A DNA stretch of 64,000 nt from an uncultured Fimbriimonadales bacterium (lineage in GTDB: Bacteria; Armatimonadota; Fimbriimonadia; Fimbriimonadales; GBS-DC): the NCBI GenBank assembly GCA_964451985.1, contig CAYVKB010000002.1:32240-96239 (forward strand), in the 5' to 3' direction. The notes beneath the pieces are model-generated. The model did no database searches and was not told the DNA's origin. It worked only from the letters and a program-made list of their open reading frames with translations. Both the position numbers and the translations under genes were made by a program. The first letter of the stretch is position 1. Every line of letters starts with the position of its first letter. Shown here in pieces: positions 53,497 to 62,488 of the stretch.

Positions 53497-53562
53497 AAAA
53501 AAGGGGACGATAGGCAAAGGAGAGCAAAACCTATCGCCCCCAAGAGAGGTGTGTAGTTGCTT
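53497..53562 (-). ncRNA. candidate small RNA ending in an intrinsic terminator
   Basis: On the minus strand: TATACT (53569-53574), then about 25 nt, then the hairpin GGGGCGATAGG-15 nt-CCTATCG(T)CCCC, then TTTTTT (53497-53502). No minus-strand CDS lies nearby. Confidence 0.2.
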
Positions 53563-53602
53563 GCTATTAGTATAGACGCAATTTCGCGCCGGAAAGTTCC
53601 CG

Positions 53603-54610
53603 ATGTCGGGTACAATTCGGCGCGAAATGCGTTCGCGAGACACTTTCCGACGCGCCGCCGCGCTAATTGCGAAGGCGGAGTCGTTCCTGATTGTCCCACA
53701 CCTGCATCCCGACGGGGACGCGCTGGGCAGCGCGCTGGGACTGTATCACGCGCTGAAGCAGATGGGCAAGCCTGTTGTGACCGTTGTAAGCCACGATAGC
53801 GTGCCCGAAATCTATCGGTTTCTACCCGACTGGGAGCAGATTCTGCTGGAGCATCCGCACCATACCACCTACGACCTTGCGATTGTGGTCGATCAGAGCC
53901 AACTAAACCGTGCTGGCAAACACGAAAAACTTGCCCGTGCGGCACGGAAGCTCTTGCAGATTGACCACCATGTGCCGCTGGAGCAGTTCGCCGATGTACG
54001 GATTGTGGACACTGACGCGGCGGCGACGGCGGAGCTGGTGTATCGCCTGCTGCACTCAATGCGCCTGCCCCTCACGCCCGAAATCGCGACATGCCTGTTG
54101 ACGGGCATCGTCACCGACACCTTTTCATTCAAGTTCCCGAACACCACCCCGCGCACGCTGCGCATCGCTGCTGCGTTGCAACAGGCAGGGGCAAACCTGA
54201 GCTCCATCAGCGAGCAGGTTTTTGAGACGCGCTCGTTCTCGGCGGTGAAACTGCTGGGGCTTGCGCTCTCCACCCTGCAGCGCACCAGCGATGGTGCAAT
54301 CGCATGGGTCACTGTGCCCCGCTGTGCCTTCGAGGAGGCGCACGCTCACGAGGAAGAGACTGAAGGCATCGTGAACTTCGTGCGTTCCATTCGCGGCGTG
54401 GAGGTGGCGATGATGATTCGCGAATCGCCCAACGGCAAGATTCGGGCAAGCCTGCGCAGCCGCGGCAAGGTGAATGTGGCGAAACTCGCGCAGCAGTTCG
54501 GTGGTGGCGGACACGAAAACGCCGCCGGCTGTACCTTAGAGACTAGCCTCGCGGAAGCGGAGATGATTTTAGTGCGAGAGGCGCAACGATGGATGGAGTC
54601 CTCAACGTAA
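53603..54610 (+). CDS. nrnA: DHH-family oligoribonuclease / pAp phosphatase NrnA
   Basis: LIVPHLHPDGDALGSALG...IDHH...GGGHENAAG. Confidence 0.85.
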   Translation: MSGTIRREMRSRDTFRRAAALIAKAESFLIVPHLHPDGDALGSALGLYHALKQMGKPVVTVVSHDSVPEIYRFLPDWEQILLEHPHHTTYDLAIVVDQSQLNRAGKHEKLARAARKLLQIDHHVPLEQFADVRIVDTDAAATAELVYRLLHSMRLPLTPEIATCLLTGIVTDTFSFKFPNTTPRTLRIAAALQQAGANLSSISEQVFETRSFSAVKLLGLALSTLQRTSDGAIAWVTVPRCAFEEAHAHEEETEGIVNFVRSIRGVEVAMMIRESPNGKIRASLRSRGKVNVAKLAQQFGGGGHENAAGCTLETSLAEAEMILVREAQRWMESST

Positions 54611-55470
54611 ACAAGCCGGGCGAGTTGACCTCCCACGATGTGGTGGATGCCCTGCGCCGCGCGACAGGGCAGAAGGAGGTCGGACACGCGGGCACGCTCG
54701 ACCCACAGGCGACGGGCGTGCTGCTATGCTTGCTCGGACGCGCTACGCGCCTCACGCCCTACCTACAAGACTTGCCCAAAGCCTATCGCGGTGTGATTCA
54801 GTTCGGAATCCGCACGAACACTCAAGACGCTGAAGGTGAGGTGTTTTACCAGAAGTCCGCGCCGCACCTAACAATTGAGCAAGTGCGCGCCGTCGCCGAG
54901 CGATTCAAAGGGCGCATCATGCAAATCCCGCCGATGTTCTCCGCGCTGAAACTGGAGGGCAAAAAGCTCCACGAGCTGGCGCGCAAGGGGCAGGAGGTAC
55001 TGCGCGAACCCCGCCCGGTGGACATCTACCGACTGGAGATTCTGAGTTTTGAGCCGAGCGAATACCCCACCGCTACATTCGAGGTGGAATGTTCCAAAGG
55101 CACCTATGTCCGTACGCTGGCTTCCGATATTGGCGACGCACTGGGTGTAGGGGCGCACCTCAAGCAACTCACGCGCACAGCGGTTGGGCACTTTCGGCTG
55201 GAGGACGCCTGTGAACTGTCGGCGTTGAGAGATGCGGAGAGTGTGCTGGCGCGTATGATTCCGATTGCCGACGCGCTGAGGCACTTGCCACGCTGGTCGC
55301 CCACGCCCGCCGTTCTGGAACGGCTCAAGCACGGTAACTATGTGCAGGCGGAGCATCCGCTGTGGACGCCGGGTGGGCATGTGGTGGTGCTGAATGCAGA
55401 GGGCAACGTTGCGCTGATTGCACGGTGGCTGCCACCGCTGCTACGCCCCGTGCGCGTGATTCAAGGATGA
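54589..55470 (+). CDS. truB: tRNA pseudouridine(55) synthase
   Basis: MDGVLNVNKPGELTSHDVV...GHAGTLDPQATGVL. Confidence 0.95.
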   Translation: MDGVLNVNKPGELTSHDVVDALRRATGQKEVGHAGTLDPQATGVLLCLLGRATRLTPYLQDLPKAYRGVIQFGIRTNTQDAEGEVFYQKSAPHLTIEQVRAVAERFKGRIMQIPPMFSALKLEGKKLHELARKGQEVLREPRPVDIYRLEILSFEPSEYPTATFEVECSKGTYVRTLASDIGDALGVGAHLKQLTRTAVGHFRLEDACELSALRDAESVLARMIPIADALRHLPRWSPTPAVLERLKHGNYVQAEHPLWTPGGHVVVLNAEGNVALIARWLPPLLRPVRVIQG

Positions 55471-56450
55471 ACTGGACTATCGGTGTTGAGGGACTGGTGA
55501 GGGCGTTCCCCGACGGCTGCGCAGTCACGCTGGGCGTGTTTGATGGTGTCCATCGCGGGCACCGTGCGCTGCTGCAAACGACAGCGGATTGGGCAAAAGC
55601 GCATGGCGTGCCTGCCGTCGCGCTGAGTTTCCATCCGCACCCCGCTGCCGTACTTGCGCCCGACCGCACGCCCCCAATGATTTGCACCCTCGCGCACCGC
55701 GTAGAACGCCTGCACGCGCTTGGGACTGACTGCGTGGTGATTCAGCCCTTCACACGCGAGTTCGCCCAACTCAGCGCAGAGGCGTTTATCGAGCAAATAC
55801 TCCTCAAAGGTTTGAACGCCCGCGCGGTGATTGTGGGTGATGATTTTCGGTTCGGACGCGAGCGTACGGGCGATGTGGGCGTTTTACAACGCACAGGCGC
55901 GTTCGAGGTGATTACCGTCGGCGGAGTGCTGGACGAATCGGGCGCACGCATCTCGTCCACGCGCATTCGGGATCTGGTGGTGTCGGGCGATTTGGAGCAG
56001 GCGAACGCACTGCTGGGCGAGCCGTTGCACTGGGCTGGTGTGGCGACGCGCGGCGACGGGCGCGGACGCGCCTTCGGCTACCCCACGGCTAACTTAGTCC
56101 CGCTGGAGCCACTGATTACCCCGCTGGAAGGCGTGTATGCGTGCGTTGCTTACCTCATCTCCCCGTCACCCCTCTCCCTGAACAAAGAGGCGGTTGACGT
56201 TCGTGCAGTCTATCCCGCCGCCGTTAGCGTTGGCAAGCCGCCGATGTTCGAAAACGCCCGCGGGCGCATCGAAGCCTACCTGATCGATTTCCCCGACCAA
56301 GACCTGTACGGATGCGTCCTCACACTCCAGTTTCTGAAGCGCCTACGCCCACAGCAGAAATTCGAGAGTGTGGATGCTTTGCTGAAGCAAATGGCGCAGG
56401 ATGTTCAGGAGGCGCGTCACGTGGCGCAGGAGGTAGAATCGCCCCGATGA
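55467..56450 (+). CDS. ribF: bifunctional riboflavin kinase / FMN adenylyltransferase
   Basis: [16 protein letters not shown]...GDDFRFG...ISSTRIR...GYPTANL. ATGA overlap with truB. Confidence 0.9.
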   Translation: MNWTIGVEGLVRAFPDGCAVTLGVFDGVHRGHRALLQTTADWAKAHGVPAVALSFHPHPAAVLAPDRTPPMICTLAHRVERLHALGTDCVVIQPFTREFAQLSAEAFIEQILLKGLNARAVIVGDDFRFGRERTGDVGVLQRTGAFEVITVGGVLDESGARISSTRIRDLVVSGDLEQANALLGEPLHWAGVATRGDGRGRAFGYPTANLVPLEPLITPLEGVYACVAYLISPSPLSLNKEAVDVRAVYPAAVSVGKPPMFENARGRIEAYLIDFPDQDLYGCVLTLQFLKRLRPQQKFESVDALLKQMAQDVQEARHVAQEVESPR

Positions 56451-57166
56451 CGATACGCGCTGAGAACCTAAAACGCGCTTACCGCAAACGGCTGGTGGTG
56501 CGCGATGTGTCGTTCGAGGTGGGGCAGGGCGAGGTTGTCGGGTTGCTGGGACCCAATGGCGCAGGTAAAACCACTACCTTCTACATGGTGGTGGGGCTAA
56601 TCCGCCCGCATGGGGGGCGCGTGTTCTTGGGTGAGCAGGAGATTACCCGCAAGCCGATGTACCAGCGCGCCCGACTGGGACTGGGCTACCTGCCCCAGGA
56701 AGCCTCTGTGTTCCGCCAACTGACGGTGGAGCAGAATCTCCTGTTGGTGATGGAAATGCGCGGCATCCCTGCCCAAGAGCGGCGCGAACGCGCCGAGCGA
56801 CTGATGGAGGAGTTCCACATCGACCACCTGCGCCATAGTAAAGGTTATGCGCTATCGGGCGGCGAGCGTAGGCGCGTGGAAATCGCCCGCGCACTTGCCC
56901 TGCAACCCGCTTTCCTGCTGCTCGACGAGCCGTTCACAGGAATCGACCCGAAAACCATCGAGGAATTACAGGAAATTATTCTCGGTTTGCGCAAGCGCAA
57001 CATCGGCGTGCTGATTACCGACCATAATGTGAGCGCAACCTTGCGCATCACTGACCGCAGCTACATTCTGGCAGACGGCGTGATTGTGGCGCAAGGTGCG
57101 CCCGAAGAGGTGATAACTGACCCCTTAGCACGGAAATATTATTTCGGCGAGAGTTTCGAGTTATAA
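56447..57166 (+). CDS. lptB: LPS export ABC transporter ATP-binding protein
   Basis: [16 protein letters not shown]...[17 protein letters not shown]...[15 protein letters not shown]...LLLDEPF. ATGA overlap with ribF. Confidence 0.85.
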   Translation: MTIRAENLKRAYRKRLVVRDVSFEVGQGEVVGLLGPNGAGKTTTFYMVVGLIRPHGGRVFLGEQEITRKPMYQRARLGLGYLPQEASVFRQLTVEQNLLLVMEMRGIPAQERRERAERLMEEFHIDHLRHSKGYALSGGERRRVEIARALALQPAFLLLDEPFTGIDPKTIEELQEIILGLRKRNIGVLITDHNVSATLRITDRSYILADGVIVAQGAPEEVITDPLARKYYFGESFEL

Positions 57167-57193
57167 TTAGGATCGAATCGAAAGGATCGATTT

Positions 57194-60100
57194 ATGGCAC
57201 ACGAACCGATATGGTATCTGCAGTTCTTTGGGGGGTTCGAGGCGCGTTGCGGCGCGTTTCGGATTAATCGCCTGCGCACGGCGAAGACGACCGCGCTGCT
57301 GGCGTATTTGGCGGCTCATCCACCGCATTGGTTCTCACGCGATGTGTTGGCGGATCTGTTCTGGGGCGACATGGAGATTGAGCGGTCTCGGAACAACCTC
57401 AGCGTCGCGCTGAACGCCTTGCGCTATACCTTCCACAGTGGTCACGCACCTCCCCTGCTTCAGTCCGACGCATCCTCGATAGGGCTGATTCCAGAGCGGT
57501 TCATGGCGGATGTGCTGGAGTTCGAACATGTGCTGGAGGTGGCGCGGCGGGCGTCTGACTCCGCGCTGCGCTATGAACAACTGAGCCGCGCGGCGCACCT
57601 GTATCAGGGCGACTTTTTGCCGGGCATTTACGACGAGTGGGTGATTCAGAAAGCCTCTGTGTTTCAGGGGGAATGCCTGGCGGTGTTGGAGCAACTGACG
57701 GCGATTGATCTTGAGCGTGGAGATACCCTTCAGGCGCAGCAGTGGCTACACAAGATGCTTGCAATTAACCCTGACGACGGAGATGCCCTGTATCGCTTGG
57801 CAGGGCTGTACTTAGAGGCGCGTCAGTACCAGGCGGTGGTGCAGGTCTGCCATACCTGGCTGGCGCAACACGCGGAACAGGGCGACGCGATGCTTACGAA
57901 GCGCATCACCACGCTACTGGAGGAGGCACAGCGGGGCGCACGGTACATGGCGCGTCGGACGCAACCCCCACCCGATACGCGCCCTGACAAACCCACGCTT
58001 ACGGTCACCCCAATGCTGCCCTTAGTTGCCGCAACCGAACGTGCCACGCTACCCACACCACGCACTCAGTTTTTTGGACGCGAGACGGAAATCTCCCAGC
58101 TAATGATGCTGTTGCAAGACCCTGCCAACGCCTGCATCACGCTTACGGGGCTGGGTGGCATCGGAAAAACACGCCTTGCTCTCGAACTCGCCCGACGACT
58201 CCAGTCCGGAGGTGAGATGGAGGTGTTCTGGATTGGGCTGCAGTCGATATTGGATCCTGAGCAGGTTCTGGCCACGATTGTGGAAGCGTTGGGACTGCCT
58301 GTCACCGCCGAGCCGCTTCATTCCTTCAAAGCGTTCTGCGAAGCGCGTGAGACAGTTGTGCTGTTTCTGGACAACTTCGAGCAGCTGCTGCCTGAGGGGG
58401 CGCCCCTGGTAGCAACCATGCTGGAGCAAGTGTCGAACCTGCGCTGTGTGATTACTACGCGCTTGCCGGTGCGGATAGGCGCGGAGCTGGTCTATCCGCT
58501 TGCGCCGCTGAGCTGCTTGCCTGCGCCCGAATGTCCCGCGTTGCAGCTGTTTGTGGATCGGGCACATCGGCTGGTCCACGATTTTCGGCTCACCGAGCAG
58601 AATCGCCCGCTGCTGCACGCGCTCTGTGAACAGTTAGAGGGCGTACCACTGGCGCTGGAGCTTGCGGCGGCGCGCCTAAACACACTCTCGCCTAAGCGGA
58701 TGCTGGAGCGTATCGAGGCGAAGCTGGAGTGGCTGCGCGCTCGCCGAGCCGACTTGCCTGAACGCCACCGCTCGCTGCAAGGCGTGTTGGATGCCACTGT
58801 CGAACTGTTGCCCAAGCCTGCCCGCGATGCCTTCGCACGGCTCAGCCTAGTCCAAGGCGACTGGAGCTTTGAGCAAGCCCTCGCGATTGCGTTCCCCCAT
58901 ACGCCCCCTGAAGCGGCGCATGCGCTGATGGAGAGCCTTATCGAGGCACAACTGATTCTGCACACCCCCGCCGAACGGTACCGGATGCTGGAGGTAGTGC
59001 GTGAGTACGCCCAAACCCTGCTCACGCCCACACAGCGACGCACCACACAGGAGCGACTGTGCGCATGGACGCTACACGAGGCGACCGCGCGCGCTCCACA
59101 AGCACACACCGCCGAGCTGCCTCACTGGCTCGCGTTCTGGGACAGCGTGCGCCCCGTGCTACTGCAAACGCTCACCCTGCTGGAAGCGCAGGGGGCGCAC
59201 CATCAGTGCCTGCGCTTGATGCACGACACCTTGCGATACTGGCTCTTGCGCCCGATGCACGCTGACGCACTGCAACGGCTCGCACGCCTGGTGGAGTCGG
59301 GCAAACTCTCCGCTCGCGCTCGGGTTCAGGCGCAGTTGATACGCGTGCGCCTGCTGTGTAAAATCGAAATGTTTCAGACCGCGCTCCCGCTCGCACTGGA
59401 GCTGAGTACATTAGACCGCCGTCATTCGCAACGCGGCAGCGCGCTTTACTGGATTGTGCAAACCGCCTTCACCATTCGCGATATGTCGCTGGTGGACCGC
59501 TACTGGAATGCGCTACAAGCCTACTACCCGTGCGAACATGACCCGGAACTGCACCACGCCATCCATTATCTGAAGGGCTACCTCTCGTCGGTGGGCGATT
59601 TCCTGGAGTGGCGCGAGGCGGAGTATCAGTTTGCGCGTTCCACAGGCGACCCTGTGCTGCAAATCAACGCGCTAAACTCGCTCACGGAAGCTTTGGCATT
59701 CTACGGCGATTACGCGAGGCTGATGCGCCTGCTGAGCGAGTTGCGCGGTCTCTGTGAGCAGCTGGGCGACTACATCCAGTTGCTCTCCACGATGCACGGA
59801 CAGGCATATGGCTATCTCCAGCAGGGGCTACTGGACGAGGCGCAAATGGAGATCGATGCAATCGCGGTGCTTGAACGCGAGCGGGGTCTGACGTCTAGCT
59901 ATACCTACTGGCTGCAGGCGTTGGTTTATCGCTGGCGGGGCGAGCCAGAGCGCGGGTTGCAGCTCCTTCTGCCGCAGGTTGCCCCGATGGAGCTGCAGTC
60001 CAACTGGCATGCAGCTGCCACCATGCTCGATGGCGCTGCCCTTTGCAGCTATGAAATGGGGAATTTAGCCGACGCCCTGCGCTACAGCGAGGACGCGCTG

Positions 60101-60430
60101 CGCCTGCGCCGCCGCGAAATCGACGCTGTGCGCTTGCACTACACCCGCACCCACCACGCCTTTTACCGCGCTATGCAGGGCGCACCCAACACGCTGGAGG
60201 AGCTGGAAGAGTGCCTCCAATACTGGCGAAAGCTCCGTTGGCGTCCCTGGCAAGCGAACACCCTCTACTATCTGGGTGAGGTGTACGCCCATCAGGGCGA
60301 CTTCGAGCGCGCCCGCACCTGCCTCCAAGAAGCGATGACCCTCAACCAGCAGATGGGGCGTTCGCTCTCACTTCAGCGTTGTCAGGCGGTGCTCCACCGA
60401 CTCCCCTCTTGCAATTTCCGTAGTCCATAA
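57194..60430 (+). CDS. SARP/BTAD - NB-ARC (STAND ATPase) - TPR regulator
   Basis: N-terminal winged-helix plus BTAD (LLAYLAAHP...RDVLADLFW...YQGDFLPG), Walker A GLGGIGKTRLALELA, Walker B VVLFLDNFEQ, long TPR-like C-terminus. 1078 aa. Confidence 0.8.
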   Translation: MAHEPIWYLQFFGGFEARCGAFRINRLRTAKTTALLAYLAAHPPHWFSRDVLADLFWGDMEIERSRNNLSVALNALRYTFHSGHAPPLLQSDASSIGLIPERFMADVLEFEHVLEVARRASDSALRYEQLSRAAHLYQGDFLPGIYDEWVIQKASVFQGECLAVLEQLTAIDLERGDTLQAQQWLHKMLAINPDDGDALYRLAGLYLEARQYQAVVQVCHTWLAQHAEQGDAMLTKRITTLLEEAQRGARYMARRTQPPPDTRPDKPTLTVTPMLPLVAATERATLPTPRTQFFGRETEISQLMMLLQDPANACITLTGLGGIGKTRLALELARRLQSGGEMEVFWIGLQSILDPEQVLATIVEALGLPVTAEPLHSFKAFCEARETVVLFLDNFEQLLPEGAPLVATMLEQVSNLRCVITTRLPVRIGAELVYPLAPLSCLPAPECPALQLFVDRAHRLVHDFRLTEQNRPLLHALCEQLEGVPLALELAAARLNTLSPKRMLERIEAKLEWLRARRADLPERHRSLQGVLDATVELLPKPARDAFARLSLVQGDWSFEQALAIAFPHTPPEAAHALMESLIEAQLILHTPAERYRMLEVVREYAQTLLTPTQRRTTQERLCAWTLHEATARAPQAHTAELPHWLAFWDSVRPVLLQTLTLLEAQGAHHQCLRLMHDTLRYWLLRPMHADALQRLARLVESGKLSARARVQAQLIRVRLLCKIEMFQTALPLALELSTLDRRHSQRGSALYWIVQTAFTIRDMSLVDRYWNALQAYYPCEHDPELHHAIHYLKGYLSSVGDFLEWREAEYQFARSTGDPVLQINALNSLTEALAFYGDYARLMRLLSELRGLCEQLGDYIQLLSTMHGQAYGYLQQGLLDEAQMEIDAIAVLERERGLTSSYTYWLQALVYRWRGEPERGLQLLLPQVAPMELQSNWHAAATMLDGAALCSYEMGNLADALRYSEDALRLRRREIDAVRLHYTRTHHAFYRAMQGAPNTLEELEECLQYWRKLRWRPWQANTLYYLGEVYAHQGDFERARTCLQEAMTLNQQMGRSLSLQRCQAVLHRLPSCNFRSP

Positions 60431-60449
60431 GGTAAAATAGAATCGTTGC

Positions 60450-60525
60450 GCGTCCGTAGCTCAGAGGATAGAGCGCAAGGTTGCGGACCTTGAGGTCGGG
60501 GGTTCGACTCCCTCCGGACGCGCCA
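60450..60525 (+). tRNA. tRNA-Arg (anticodon GCG), CCA encoded
   Basis: Hand-folded cloverleaf: acceptor GCGTCCG/CGGACGC, anticodon stem CAAGG/CCTTG, loop TTGCGGA, T-loop TTCGACT, 3' GCCA. Confidence 0.85.
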
Positions 60526-60538
60526 TTCTTTCTTCCCC

Positions 60539-60614
60539 GCCCTCGTAGCTCAGTGGATAGAGCGCCTCCGTCCTAAGGAGGGCGTCGGGGGTTCGAATCC
60601 CTCCGAGGGCGCCA
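60539..60614 (+). tRNA. tRNA-Arg (anticodon CCT), CCA encoded
   Basis: Acceptor GCCCTCG/CGAGGGC, anticodon stem CCTCC/GGAGG, loop GTCCTAA, T-loop TTCGAAT. Confidence 0.85.
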
Positions 60615-60621
60615 TCAACGC

Positions 60622-60716
<95 letters not shown>

Positions 60717-60724
60717 GAGAGACT

Positions 60725-61489
60725 ATGCGCTGGACCGACACACACTGCCACCTGAACCACCCCGATTTATACGCCGAATGGCAAGCCGTTTTGTATCGTG
60801 CGCAGCAATCGGGCGTGCAACGGCTGATACTGATTGGCTACGACTTGGAGAGCAGCCGCCGCGCTGTAGAACTCTCTGAGCAGTCCCACATGCTGTACGC
60901 TGCTGTGGGCATTCATCCGCATGACGCGGCCCAGTACAACTCGGAATCGCTCCCAACTCTGTGTGAATTAGCAGCCCATCCGCGTGTGGTTGCGATTGGC
61001 GAGATTGGGCTGGATTTCTATCGGAACCTGTCGCCACGCGAGGCGCAGTACGAAGCGTTCCACGCGCAGATGCAGCTTGCACTGTCGCTGAATCTGCCTG
61101 TTGTGATTCATTGCCGTGAAGCGTATGAAGAAGTGCTGAGTGTACTATCGCGGTATCCCGATGTGCGGGGCGTGCTACACTGCTTTTCGGGCACAGCAGA
61201 GCAGGCGCAGCGCGGACTGGAGTTGGGCTACTACTTGGGAATTGGCGGTGTGGTGTCGTTCAAAAGCGCGGACTTACTGCGGGCGATTGTGCAGGGTATG
61301 CCGCGCGACCGTCTGCTGCTGGAGACTGACGCCCCCTACCTCGCACCGCATCCATATCGGGGCAAGCGCAACGAGCCTGCTTATCTGCCTCTGATTGCCC
61401 AACAGGTCGCCGCGTTGTGGAATGCGCCATTGGAGCAGCTCTCCGAAATCACGGAAGCCAACGCGCAGCGGCTATTTCAACGCCTCTAA
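60725..61489 (+). CDS. tatD: TatD-family metal-dependent hydrolase
   Basis: WTDTHCHLN...AVGIHPH...GEIGLDFY...VIHCREA...HCFSG...ETDAPYL. Confidence 0.9.
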   Translation: MRWTDTHCHLNHPDLYAEWQAVLYRAQQSGVQRLILIGYDLESSRRAVELSEQSHMLYAAVGIHPHDAAQYNSESLPTLCELAAHPRVVAIGEIGLDFYRNLSPREAQYEAFHAQMQLALSLNLPVVIHCREAYEEVLSVLSRYPDVRGVLHCFSGTAEQAQRGLELGYYLGIGGVVSFKSADLLRAIVQGMPRDRLLLETDAPYLAPHPYRGKRNEPAYLPLIAQQVAALWNAPLEQLSEITEANAQRLFQRL

Positions 61490-62374
61490 CGCCGCCTCCA
61501 CGAACGGGCGAATCACATTCGCCCAATCGGCAGGGGCGCGCCCTACCACCGTAATCGCCTTCTCTTGCAGTGTGGGTGCGGAGAACACATACGCATCGGG
61601 CTGCTCAGCGGCGCGAATAGTCAGGAACGGCATCTCTATCTCACGGGCGAAGTCGCACATCAAGCGGTCGCGCTCGCTCGTCTGCTCATTCGATACATGC
61701 GCGTTATGCAGGTTCAGGTTAATCGGTAGCAGCACCACGCCGTCCGCGTTGACGCTGGAGCTGACCAGCAGCACCACATCGACGGCGGAGCGAGCAATCT
61801 GCGGAGGCATCTGCGCGCGATAGCCCGTCACGAAGCCAAACGGCATCTGGTGGTGGCACTCGATGGGATACTGCGACACCAGAATGTCCAGCGCCTCGCG
61901 CAGCAGGCGTTCGTGGAAGCTTTGGATAAGGCGCCCCTGCGGAATGTATTGCCTGTCCACGCGCTCCTGCACGAATGATAGAGGCGCACGCAACGCCGCA
62001 CCCAGCTGCGTAATCGAGCATGTCAGTTCCATCCGAATGCCTGCGTTCTCGCTGTAAAGGTGAATGCCCGCAGGACCCTCGAAAATCTCCAACCACAGGA
62101 TCTCGCACTCGCGATACGATTGGCGCAACGCCTCGCTGAGTTGCGAGTCGGTCTCAATCACCAGTAAGGGGCGTTTCTCGCGGTCGTCGCGCAAGCACAG
62201 CACTCCGAAACAGGGCTTGTTGAACTCCGGCACATACGCGCTGGGACGATACAAGTTATGGAACAGGAATCGCCGCGCCGGGCGCAGCAGCAGCTCGTAA
62301 GATTCCCAGTTTTTTATCAACTCTACTATATATTTATTCACTGGATTGGTAAGTAGCCGATTTGGCTGATACAT
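61472..62374 (-). CDS. hypothetical protein (possible tandem degenerate nuclease-fold domains)
   Basis: 300 aa, GAGGAGG RBS 7 nt before the ATG, AT-rich 5' end. Segments GVLCLRDD..PLLVIETD and VDVVLLV..VVLLPINLN..RDRLMCDFAREIEMPFLTI loosely recall DUF2726-type endonuclease-like folds. Confidence 0.45.
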   Translation of the reverse strand: MYQPNRLLTNPVNKYIVELIKNWESYELLLRPARRFLFHNLYRPSAYVPEFNKPCFGVLCLRDDREKRPLLVIETDSQLSEALRQSYRECEILWLEIFEGPAGIHLYSENAGIRMELTCSITQLGAALRAPLSFVQERVDRQYIPQGRLIQSFHERLLREALDILVSQYPIECHHQMPFGFVTGYRAQMPPQIARSAVDVVLLVSSSVNADGVVLLPINLNLHNAHVSNEQTSERDRLMCDFAREIEMPFLTIRAAEQPDAYVFSAPTLQEKAITVVGRAPADWANVIRPFVEAALEALK

Positions 62375-62488
62375 TATACGACCTCCTCTATAAACAAGGC
62401 GTTCGCGCGGACATGGGTCATCCTAGCGTATTCCAAGCCGTCTTTATAAATACGCTCTTCACGCCGATAATTCCTGCAGGAGTGTACC

